Part shown: positions 1-7,782 of the stretch, piece by piece
Layout of the letters: every line of letters starts with the position of its first letter
How positions within the stretch are numbered: the stretch's first letter is position 1
Translations under genes and position numbers: made by a program
The notes under the pieces: model-generated
What the model was told of the DNA's origin: nothing
What the model saw: only the letters and a program-made list of their open reading frames with translations
Database searches by the model: none
From: Candidatus Spyradenecus sp.
GTDB taxonomy: Bacteria; Verrucomicrobiota; Kiritimatiellia; RFP12; DVOR01
NCBI GenBank assembly: GCA_051884775.1
Contig: JBJEVY010000058.1
Span: 2,655-66,654, forward strand
Direction: 5' to 3'
Length of the DNA: 64,000 bases

Positions 1-645
1 GCCGTTGCGCGAGGCGAAGCCGATGGAGAGGTTTTTGAGCGCGCCGCCAAAGCCGCCCATCGCGTGGCCCTTGAAGTGGGAGAGGACGAGGAAGGAGGCG
101 TAGTCGCGGAAGTGCGCGCCAACAATGTTACGCGGCAGATGCTTGGCACCGGCGGGGGCAGGGAGGTCCATCGTGGCGATGCCGTCCATAATATCCACGG
201 TCGCGATGTCGCACCAACCGTGCTCAAGGGCGGCGCGGATGTGGTCGTGCAGGGTGTCTCGGCGCCCGCCATAGGCGGTGTTGCACTCCACGATGTTCGC
301 GTCGAGCTGCTGGACGAGGGGCTTGACCAGCTGCGGATCGAGGAAGTGGAGGCCGCCAGGTTCGCCGGTGGAGACCTTGGCGCCGACCTTGCCCGGGAGC
401 GTGATGCCGAGCGCGGCGTAGGCGCGGCAGAGGCTCTGGGGGGTGATCTCGGGGGTGAAGTAGACCGCCGGGCCCTCGCTGCCGGCGTGGGAGGTGCGGT
501 CGATGGGGCCGGGGGCCCAACCGCGCTGGCGCATCTCTTCGCGCCACTGCTCATCGAAGGTCTTGGCCTGGGCCGCTACGCCCACGGCCGCCGCGCTGGC
601 AGCGAGCACGCTCCGGCGCAGAAAGTCACGTCTGGATTGCTTCAT
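1..645 (-). CDS. DUF362-like protein with twin-arginine signal peptide (C-terminal part lies beyond the window edge)
   Basis: Absent from the ORF track because it runs off the window. Reverse translation from the ATG (cat at 643-645) gives MKQSRRDFLRRSVLAASAAAVGVAAQA (RRxFL Tat motif). It stays in frame to nt 1 through ...VECNTAYGGRRDT...HFKGHAMGGFGG..., which resembles DUF362 proteins. Confidence 0.55.
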   Translation of the reverse strand, partial: MKQSRRDFLRRSVLAASAAAVGVAAQAKTFDEQWREEMRQRGWAPGPIDRTSHAGSEGPAVYFTPEITPQSLCRAYAALGITLPGKVGAKVSTGEPGGLHFLDPQLVKPLVQQLDANIVECNTAYGGRRDTLHDHIRAALEHGWCDIATVDIMDGIATMDLPAPAGAKHLPRNIVGAHFRDYASFLVLSHFKGHAMGGFGGALKNLSIGFASRNG

Positions 646-660
646 TGGGAACTCCTGGGG

Positions 661-1713
661 TTAGGGGTGAAGAAGGGTCTGGAGCTCGGCGTAGGCTTCG
701 TCGCTCAAGCCGAGGCGTTTGGCGATGGCGCGGTGGGCGGCAAGTTGGGCCTCCACGCTGGGCAGGGCGGTGAGGATAGCAACGGTGCAGAGCTCGCGAT
801 CGGCTTCCGAGAGGATACCGCGCTCAAAGAGATCGCAGAAGAGGTGCTCTTTCAGGAACTGCTCTGCGCCAGGGGCGAAGCGCTGCCAGGCGGCGAGGTC
901 GGCCTCGGGAGAGATGCCGCACAGGCGGGCACGGCGCTCACGGCCAATCCGTTCGCGGTCGGCCTCCGGGCTGAGTACATTCGGGTGGGGGCCCTCGGGC
1001 AGGGGCAGGCCGGCGGCTTGGCGCGCTTGGCAGAGTTCGGCCAGGGCGCTATAACCATTGAGGCAACGGGGGAAGCCGGCGTAGGCCTGGACTTGCAGGA
1101 GCGCTTCCTTGAACTCGGCGAGGGTGAGGCCCTCTGCGAAGCCGGCCTCGGCGGCGGCTTTGAGGGCCTCGAGGTCGCCCGTGGCGGCCGCAGCGGCAAG
1201 TTGCGCGAGGGCGGTTTGACGGGGCGTGAGGAGGGAAAGACGGGCGGCCTGTGGTTGGGCGGCGGCGTAGTCGGCCTCGGAGACGGCTTCAAGCCAGTCG
1301 GTCTGGTTTTGCTCCGGGCGCACCTCGATGGCGAGATGGGCGAAGGCGCGGTGGGCGGTGGCACCGTGCCAGTGGTCGACCCCGCCCGGGATCTCCACGA
1401 CATCGCCGGGGCGTAACACGCGGGCGGCCTCGCCGCGTGCTTGGTAGAGGCCCTCGCCGCCGACGGCAATGAGGAGTTGGCCTTGGCTATGGCGGTGCCA
1501 GTGGTTGCGGCAGCCGGGCTCGAAGGTAACATTGGCGATGGGGATGCCGTGCTCGGCGTGGCGCGTGGTGAGGCGCGCGAGGTGCGAGCGGCCGGTGAAG
1601 TAGGCGGCATAGGCGGTGTTAGGTTCGCCTTGCGGGAAGGGCGAGAGGGACTGGGCGCAGAGCGTGGTCATCGCGAGGGCTCCAAAGAGAAGGGGGAGGA
1701 GGGGGCAGCGCAT
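661..1713 (-). CDS. Secreted cupin domain / carboxymuconolactone decarboxylase (AhpD-like) fusion protein
   Basis: Track ORF 661..1959(-). The N-terminal 82 aa are R/P-rich junk, so I trimmed to the internal Met at 1713, which gives MRCPLLPLLFGALAMTTLCAQS (signal peptide). Cupin motif: HWHRHSQGQLLIAVGGEG...PGGVDHWHG. The C-terminal half is alpha-helical and CMD-like. Confidence 0.75.
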   Translation of the reverse strand: MRCPLLPLLFGALAMTTLCAQSLSPFPQGEPNTAYAAYFTGRSHLARLTTRHAEHGIPIANVTFEPGCRNHWHRHSQGQLLIAVGGEGLYQARGEAARVLRPGDVVEIPGGVDHWHGATAHRAFAHLAIEVRPEQNQTDWLEAVSEADYAAAQPQAARLSLLTPRQTALAQLAAAAATGDLEALKAAAEAGFAEGLTLAEFKEALLQVQAYAGFPRCLNGYSALAELCQARQAAGLPLPEGPHPNVLSPEADRERIGRERRARLCGISPEADLAAWQRFAPGAEQFLKEHLFCDLFERGILSEADRELCTVAILTALPSVEAQLAAHRAIAKRLGLSDEAYAELQTLLHP

Positions 1714-1721
1714 GGGGTTCC

Positions 1722-2318
1722 TCACAGTCCAAGGGGGGTGAGCCAGGCGGCGATTTGGGGCTCGGCGCGGTGGATGCTGTAGCCGGAGAAGGTCTTGCCG
1801 GGGAGGTGGCGGAGGGCGCCGGGGGTGAGGGCGCGGAGGTCTTTTTCGCAGGATTGCATTCCGCCGCCGCCGTGGGTAAAGAAGGGGAGGATGAACTTGC
1901 CCTGGGCGTAGCGCGGGTCGGCGAGGAAGGTGCGCACGCTTGGGGCGACGGTGCCCCACCAGTTGGGCGAGCCCACGCAGAGGAGGTCGTAAGAGGCAGG
2001 GTCGAGGTCGAAGGGTTTGAGAGGCGGGAGGAAGCCGCGCTTGAGTTCGTCCTTGGCCACGCGGGTGCAGTCGGTGTAATCGGCGGGGTAGGGGGTCTGC
2101 GGCTCGAGGCGCAGGAGGTGGGCGTGGGTGCGCTTGGCGATGAACTCGGCGGCGGCGAGGGTGTTGCCAGTGTAGGAGTAGACGACCACGGCCACGCGCG
2201 GCTTCTTGGAGAAGGGCGCGGGGGCAGGGGCGGAGGATTCATCGGCTTCGGCACAACCGGCGAGCAGGGCGCCGGAGGCGGCGAGGGCGCTTTGGAGGAA
2301 GGTACGGCGGGTGAACAT
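1722..2318 (-). CDS. Flavodoxin-like protein, Tat signal plus lipobox
   Basis: MFTRRTFLQSALAASGALLAGC (Tat-like RR followed by a lipobox Cys). VVVYSYTGNTLAAAEFIA is a flavodoxin-type phosphate-binding loop. Length is 198 aa. Confidence 0.75.
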   Translation of the reverse strand: MFTRRTFLQSALAASGALLAGCAEADESSAPAPAPFSKKPRVAVVVYSYTGNTLAAAEFIAKRTHAHLLRLEPQTPYPADYTDCTRVAKDELKRGFLPPLKPFDLDPASYDLLCVGSPNWWGTVAPSVRTFLADPRYAQGKFILPFFTHGGGGMQSCEKDLRALTPGALRHLPGKTFSGYSIHRAEPQIAAWLTPLGL

Positions 2319-2487
2319 AGCGGAGAGCTCCTTTCTTGATGGCCCATAGTGTGGCGCATTTTGGCCGCGCGCTCAATACCTCAATCCGCGAAGGTGCAAC
2401 CTAGATTACAGATTTTGGGTGCGTGTACTGTCTGCCAGGGGCGCGGGCGCGCCAGATATAGTATGCTATGGCCGAAAGGAACGCCTT

Positions 2488-3396
2488 ATGCCCCAACACT
2501 TTCGCTCGATTGCCGACTACACCGTGCCCTTGGGCTGCACCCCGCAGCACCCGCACTTGGCTTACATCGACTTCACGCAGCTGCCGCCTTTCCGCTATCG
2601 TCAGGGCATCTACGGCTTCTACGCCATCTTCCTCAAGGAGCACCTTGGCTGTGGTGCGCTCCAGTACGGTCTGGGCTCCTATGACTACCAGGCCGGGACG
2701 GTCCTTTGCGTTGGGCCCGGGCAGCTCTTTGGACCTAAGGATGACGGCCAGCTCCACCAAGGCGTCGGCAAGGCGCTCCTCATCCACCCGGCATTCCTCG
2801 AAGGCACCCCGCTTGCCGCCGCCTTCGCCTCGGCCTCCTTCTTTGCCTACACCTCGCGCGAGGCGCTCCACCTCGCCGACGGCGAGCGCGCCAGCTTTCT
2901 CGCACAGGTCGAGGCTATTCGCGGCGAACTCGAAACGCCCCAGGACGCCCACTCCCGCGCGCTCCTCCTAGCCCACCTCGACCTCCTGCTCCACCTCCTT
3001 GCGCGCTTCTACGAGCGGCAGTTCGCCTCGCGTCAGCCCGACAACCGCGCCCTGCTCGCCCGCCTGGAAACCTACCTCGCCTCGGCCCTGCCCGCCGCGC
3101 CCGATGCCCCGGTGGCCGCGCTCCCCACCGTTGCCGCCTGCGCCAAGGCCCTCTTCCTCTCCCCGAATTATTTTGGCGACCTGGTGCGCAAGGAGACGGG
3201 CGCTTCGGCCCAGGCCTTTATCTCCCGCGCCATGCTCAACCGCGCGTGCGAGTTTCTTCGCAATACCGATGCCTCCGTCGCCCAAATCGGCCTCACGCTC
3301 GGCTTCTCTTATCCCCATCACTTCACCCGCTTCTTCCGCCACCACACCGGCCTCACGCCCCGCGCCTATCGCGCGGCGCAGCCCGCCGGGCAGTGA
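2488..3396 (+). CDS. AraC family transcriptional regulator
   Basis: C-terminal HTH_18 signature ...LFLSPNYFGDLVRKETGASAQAFISRAMLNRACEFLRNTDASVAQIGLTLGFSYPHHFTRFFRHHTGLTPRAYR. Start moved to ATG 2488. It is divergent from the redox cluster. Confidence 0.85.
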   Translation: MPQHFRSIADYTVPLGCTPQHPHLAYIDFTQLPPFRYRQGIYGFYAIFLKEHLGCGALQYGLGSYDYQAGTVLCVGPGQLFGPKDDGQLHQGVGKALLIHPAFLEGTPLAAAFASASFFAYTSREALHLADGERASFLAQVEAIRGELETPQDAHSRALLLAHLDLLLHLLARFYERQFASRQPDNRALLARLETYLASALPAAPDAPVAALPTVAACAKALFLSPNYFGDLVRKETGASAQAFISRAMLNRACEFLRNTDASVAQIGLTLGFSYPHHFTRFFRHHTGLTPRAYRAAQPAGQ

Positions 3397-3468
3397 AGGC
3401 GAGGCGGGCAGTAAAAGGCCCCGGCGGGGATGCCGGGGCGATGGAAGCAGGGGCGCGGAGGCCGGGGA

Positions 3469-3969
3469 TTATTGTGCTCCGGGGGAGCGTTTACGGGCCC
3501 GGCGGCGCTTGAAGGCCTTGGCGCCGCGCATCGATTGGATGAGCTCGATGAATTGGCTGACATCATCGAAGGCGGAATAGACCGAGGCGAAGCGAACGTA
3601 GGCAACGGCATCGAGTTCGCTCAGGCGGTTCATTACGATTTGGCCGAGCCAGGAGGAGGAGACTTCGGCTTTGTTGAGGTGCTCAAGGTCTTCGGCAATG
3701 GTATTGATGAGTTCGGCGATGCGTTCGCTGGGGATGGGGCGCTTGCGGCAGGCTGAGAGGATGCCGCGTTCGAGCTTGGCGGGGTCGAACTCTTCGCGGT
3801 GACCATCGCGCTTGATGAGTTTGGGGAGGCGGCGCTCGATGCGTTCGTAGGAGGTGAAGCGCTTGCCGCAGAGGATGCATTGCCGGCGGCGGCGTACGGA
3901 GCGGCCATCATCGGCGATGCGGCTGTCGATGACCTTGTCGTTGTTTTTGCCGCAGTAGGGGCAGAGCAT
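3469..3969 (-). CDS. nrdR: Transcriptional repressor NrdR
   Basis: MLCPYCGKNNDKVIDSR...RRRRQCILCGKRFTSYE gives the zinc ribbon and is followed by an ATP-cone. The length is typical at 166 aa. Confidence 0.95.
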   Translation of the reverse strand: MLCPYCGKNNDKVIDSRIADDGRSVRRRRQCILCGKRFTSYERIERRLPKLIKRDGHREEFDPAKLERGILSACRKRPIPSERIAELINTIAEDLEHLNKAEVSSSWLGQIVMNRLSELDAVAYVRFASVYSAFDDVSQFIELIQSMRGAKAFKRRRARKRSPGAQ

Positions 3970-3971
3970 GG

Positions 3972-4736
3972 TTAGACGATGGTTTTCATGGCCGCGCGGG
4001 CAATGGTGAGGCCGTCAGTGCCGGGGACTTTGGAGACGTTGCGCGGGTCGATGAAACAGGCGCGCTCGGGCATCAACTCGGCGGCGTAGAGGACGATGGG
4101 GAGGGTCTGGCCGGCGGGGAGTTTGCGCAGGATTTCGAGGACGCTATCGGCGGGCATTTGCTCGGTATTCATCGGGAGGATGAGTCCGGCGGGGCGGCGC
4201 GAGATGACAGCCTCGATGGCTTCGGGGCCGGTGTGGACGACCTCGACGGTGAACCCGGCTTTGCCGAGTGCCTCGCAGAGGGCATTGGCACGGATGGCGT
4301 TGGCTTCGGCCAGGACGACGAGGCGGCGGATATCCTCGCCCACCACCATCGTCTCGCCGCGCGGCAGATCGCTCTCCATAAAGAGGATGCGCTGGACTTC
4401 GGCGAGGAGTTCATCGGGATCGGCGGGCTTGGTGAGGAAGCCTGCGATTTGCTTGTTGGCGAAGAACTCGGCGAGGTTGCTGCGCGCGGTGAGGACGAGG
4501 ACGGGCACGCGGGTGCGGCCGAGGCGATCGGTGATGCGCTCGAGGAAGCCGGTGCCGCCCATCCCAGGCATCCCCATATCGAGGATGACCAGGTCGGGCA
4601 AGGCTTCGAGCATGCACTGCAGGGCGGCTTCCCCGGAGTCGGCGCAGGTCACTTCATAACCCGCGCCCACGAGGAAGTCGCCCAACATCATCCGGATGTT
4701 CGGATCGTCGTCGACCAGCAGCAGGTGCTTGTTCAT
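3972..4736 (-). CDS. Response regulator with an N-terminal receiver and a second, degenerate receiver-like domain; no output domain
   Basis: LLLVDDDPNIRMMLGDFL...LVILDMGMPGMGG...LTA...KP is a canonical REC. The second half (VVLAEANAIRANALCEAL...) is REC-like. The stop lies 2 nt before the nrdR start. Confidence 0.8.
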   Translation of the reverse strand: MNKHLLLVDDDPNIRMMLGDFLVGAGYEVTCADSGEAALQCMLEALPDLVILDMGMPGMGGTGFLERITDRLGRTRVPVLVLTARSNLAEFFANKQIAGFLTKPADPDELLAEVQRILFMESDLPRGETMVVGEDIRRLVVLAEANAIRANALCEALGKAGFTVEVVHTGPEAIEAVISRRPAGLILPMNTEQMPADSVLEILRKLPAGQTLPIVLYAAELMPERACFIDPRNVSKVPGTDGLTIARAAMKTIV

Positions 4737-4739
4737 TAT

Positions 4740-6146
4740 TTAATCGGCCAAGAAGGCGCGGTAGGCGCGATAGGTCATGTAGCAATCGAACTTGGAGGCG
4801 GCTTCCCAGGGCGCGTGCATGTTGAGCAGCGGCACGCCGAAGTCGACCACATCCATCCCGTAACGGGCGAGGTAGAGGGCGATGGTGCCGCCGCCGCCCT
4901 TCTCGCAACGGCCGAGCTCGCCGGCTTGCCAGGTGACGCCATCGGCCGCAAAGATGCGGCGCAGGTCGGCAATGAACTCGGCGCGCGCGTCGGAGGCGCC
5001 GCCCTTGCCGCGGGCGCCGGTGTACTTGATGAGGCAGCCGCCGGCATTCATCAGGGCCATGTTGTTGGGCGAATCGGCGTTGGGGAAGTGGGGATCGCTG
5101 GCAGCGCAGACATCGGCCGAGAGCATGCGGCTGCGCTCGAGGGCGCGGCGGACGGCGAGGTCGCCGGCGGTGGGCTCCTGGCGGGCGATGAGTTCGGCCA
5201 CGGAGTTCTCGAAGAAGGTGGAATCCATGCCCGTGGCGCCGACCGAGCCAATCTCTTCCTTGTCGCAGAGGAGGACCATGCCGGTCTTGCGGGGCACGGC
5301 GGGCAGGTCCATCAGGGCCTTGAGCCCGGCGTAGGCGCAGACGCGGTCGTCATGGCCGTAGCCCACGATCATCGAGCGATCGAGGCCGAGGTCGCGCGGC
5401 ATCCCGGCGGGGACGATTTCGAGTTCGGCGGAGAGGAAGTCCTCTTCGGTGATGCCGTATTCGCGCTCGAGGAGGCGGAGGATGTTGAGCTTGACCTTGT
5501 CCTTAACGTCCTCGTCATCGTCCTCCTTGGTGGCGGGGAGCGAACCGATCAAAAGGTCCATATCCTCGGGGTCGAAGGCCTCGGCGAGCTTCTTGCCAGC
5601 CTGCTCGGCGCCGAAGTGGGGGAGGATGTCGGTAATCTGGAAGACGGGGTCTTCGGGCTTATCGCCGATGGCGATTTCCACCTGCGTGCCGTCGGGCTTG
5701 GCCACCACGCCATAGAGGGCCAGGGGGTGGATGAGCCAGTGGAACTTCTTGATGCCGCCATAGTAATGGGTGTCGAAGTAGGCAAAGCCGCCCTTTTCGC
5801 AGACCGGCACGGGCTTGAGATCGATGCGCGGGGCATCGGTGTGGCCGCCGATCACGTTGATGCCGCCGCTCACCGGCTCGGTGCCGATGACCGCGGCCAT
5901 CAGCGTCTTGCCGTGGTAGCCGCGGTAAACCTTGTCGCCGGGCTTGAGGGTTTCGACCTGCGAGAGCTCCTTGAAGCCCAACGCCTCGATGCGCCGCACC
6001 GCTTCGGCATAGGCCCGCCGCTCGGTCTTGGCAATCCCCAGATAGCTGAGATAATCCTTCGCGTACGCTTCACACGCCTTCGCATCGGCTTCCGACATGG
6101 CACGCACGCCATTTTCGCGCTTGATGCACCCTTGCAACTTGCTCAT
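4740..6146 (-). CDS. M18 family aminopeptidase
   Basis: 468 aa. Motifs GGHTDAPRIDLKP, GYGHDDRVCAY, LCDKEEIGS and NMHAPWE are typical of M18 (aspartyl-aminopeptidase-like) enzymes. Confidence 0.85.
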   Translation of the reverse strand: MSKLQGCIKRENGVRAMSEADAKACEAYAKDYLSYLGIAKTERRAYAEAVRRIEALGFKELSQVETLKPGDKVYRGYHGKTLMAAVIGTEPVSGGINVIGGHTDAPRIDLKPVPVCEKGGFAYFDTHYYGGIKKFHWLIHPLALYGVVAKPDGTQVEIAIGDKPEDPVFQITDILPHFGAEQAGKKLAEAFDPEDMDLLIGSLPATKEDDDEDVKDKVKLNILRLLEREYGITEEDFLSAELEIVPAGMPRDLGLDRSMIVGYGHDDRVCAYAGLKALMDLPAVPRKTGMVLLCDKEEIGSVGATGMDSTFFENSVAELIARQEPTAGDLAVRRALERSRMLSADVCAASDPHFPNADSPNNMALMNAGGCLIKYTGARGKGGASDARAEFIADLRRIFAADGVTWQAGELGRCEKGGGGTIALYLARYGMDVVDFGVPLLNMHAPWEAASKFDCYMTYRAYRAFLAD

Positions 6147-6196
6147 AACCTTACCTTTCTAAAAGATCCGCCCACGGCGCCTGCCGCGGCGGTCGC

Positions 6197-7306
6197 TTAA
6201 AATCCATAGCGATAGATGTCCATCACCTCTTCGGGCGAGGGCATCGTGCGATAGCGCTTGACCACTTCCAGGCGCAACGGTTCGCGCGTGAAGCGGACGA
6301 GCTCCTCTTCGGTGGGCACTTCGCGCGCGCAGCCGAGCCGATCGAAGAGCATATCCACCAGGGCCTGAAACTCCTCGGGCACCTGCAAGCCCATCGCCTG
6401 CAACAACTGCGCCGTCCGCTCCGGGCAGGAATGCTCCATAAACTCCAAGTAGCCGGCCAGCAGCACCCCATTGGCCCGACCGTGCGGCAGGTGCTTATAA
6501 TAGGTGAGCGGATAGCCCATCGCGTGCACCAGGCCGGTCCCCGCCTGCGCGATGACCATTCCCGCCAACATGGAGCCATAGAGTAGCCGCGCGCGGTTCA
6601 CAAAGGTGCCGTGCGCCAGGCGCACCAGTTCGGGCATCACCACGCCAATGGCTTCCACTGCCAGGGCCAACGAGAGCGCGTCCGAGCGCAGCGAATAGGC
6701 ACCCTCAATGGCGTGCGAGAGCGCATCGAGCGCCGTGTCGCAGACCACCTGCGCGGGGAGGGAATCGAGGTAGCGCCCATCGAGCAGGGCCACGCGCGGA
6801 AAGAGCTGCCGCCCCGAGACGTTCACCTTGGTGCGCGCGTGGTGATCGGTAATAATGGCATAGGGCGTCACCTCACTGCCTGTGCCGCAAGTAATCGGCA
6901 CGGCCACAATCGGCAGGGCCGCGTCATTGGGTTGCGGCTTTTCGGCAAAGAAGGTTTCGCGCTCAATCTTGCTGCCCACCACCCAGGCGATGGCCTTGGC
7001 TGCGTCCATGGCCGAGCCGCCACCGATGGCCACCACAAAGTCGCACCCCTCGGCCTGCGCCACGGCCGCGCCCGCGTACACCTGTTCATCATCCGGATTC
7101 TCTCCCACGCCATCAAAGTGCGCCCACGCCACGCGCTGCGCTTCAAGCGCCTGCTGCACATCGGCCAGCGCGCCCGATGCCTTCGCCCCGGTCTTCCCCG
7201 TGACGATGAGCGCCTTGCGCCCCAGTGCCAACGTCTCCGCGTGCTGCATCACGCAGCCCTTGCCCGCATAAACATCCGTCGGAAGATAAAAGTGTGCCCT
7301 GTTCAT
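6197..7306 (-). CDS. Iron-containing (group III) alcohol dehydrogenase
   Basis: Trimmed to Met at 7306 (MNRAHFYLPTDVYAGKG...). GGGSAMDAAKA is the NAD-binding motif, and ALDALSHAIE plus GLVHAMGYPL are metal-binding His motifs. Confidence 0.85.
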   Translation of the reverse strand: MNRAHFYLPTDVYAGKGCVMQHAETLALGRKALIVTGKTGAKASGALADVQQALEAQRVAWAHFDGVGENPDDEQVYAGAAVAQAEGCDFVVAIGGGSAMDAAKAIAWVVGSKIERETFFAEKPQPNDAALPIVAVPITCGTGSEVTPYAIITDHHARTKVNVSGRQLFPRVALLDGRYLDSLPAQVVCDTALDALSHAIEGAYSLRSDALSLALAVEAIGVVMPELVRLAHGTFVNRARLLYGSMLAGMVIAQAGTGLVHAMGYPLTYYKHLPHGRANGVLLAGYLEFMEHSCPERTAQLLQAMGLQVPEEFQALVDMLFDRLGCAREVPTEEELVRFTREPLRLEVVKRYRTMPSPEEVMDIYRYGF

Positions 7307-7416
7307 AACGCCACCAGTATAGCACACTTTCCTAGCGCGCACGCGTATTTGCCGCGCGCTTCTCCCTGCCCAGGGCCGCTTCGCCGCCATCTTGACGCGC
7401 TCTGCGTGGGGGCTCC

Positions 7417-7546
7417 TTGCCCCCACACCCCTCGGCAGGGCTACTCGCCCTGCACCTCGGGAGCGCGGGGCGCTCCACCCCGGCCGAAGCGCCCTGTGGG
7501 CACTCCGGCTATGAGCCGTTCACCGTTCACTGTTCACCGTTCACCT
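7417..7546. repeat. 130-bp multi-hairpin intergenic repeat, copy 1, ending in GTTCACC heptamers
   Basis: gggggctccttgcccccacacccctcggcagggctactcgccctgcacctcgggagcgcggggcgctccacc... is nearly identical to 9616-9760. It contains hairpins ggggg/ccccc, cagggc/gccctg and ggagcgc/gcgctcc. Confidence 0.9.
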
Positions 7547-7644
7547 CCCAGGGTACGCGCAGCGGAGAGGCGGTTGTGTTATGATAGCGTCCGCTATGGG
7601 ATAGCCATAGGTTTGTTTTTGCTCTTAAGCAAAACAGGTTCATT

Positions 7645-7754
7645 CGTAGAGAAACTACCACCCTTCTGACGATGAATGGCCGTTTTTGCGAGGGCACGCG
7701 TTAGCGTGTCCTTCTTGGTGTATTCATCGTCGGGCTGTGGTAGGCCTCTCTACG
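7645..7754 (+). other. About 110-nt imperfect long hairpin (candidate structured RNA or MITE-like element) upstream of the membrane protein gene
   Basis: Left arm cgtagaga..taccac..gacgatgaat pairs with right arm attcatcgtc..gtggta..tctctacg. An inner hairpin gggcacgc-gtta-gcgtgtcc is present. It ends 29 nt before ATG 7783. Confidence 0.45.
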
Positions 7755-7782
7755 AGTACATCACAGAAGGGCACGTTGTTTT

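Noticed and set aside
64-1416. Long plus-strand ORF (450 aa). Similar long ORFs are 4158..6200(+), 9922..12279(-), 12622..14268(+), 17218..18765(+), 20825..22387(-), 23083..24909(+), 25912..26946(+), 31190..32278(-), 33242..34621(-), 36683..38362(-), 40209..42470(+), 44674..46002(+) and 60037..61104(-).
   Set aside because: All lie antisense to, or out of frame with, genes that have clear family motifs. Their translations are low-complexity G/A/R/E/L/V-rich strings with no recognisable motifs. This is the typical shadow-ORF artefact of high-GC DNA.
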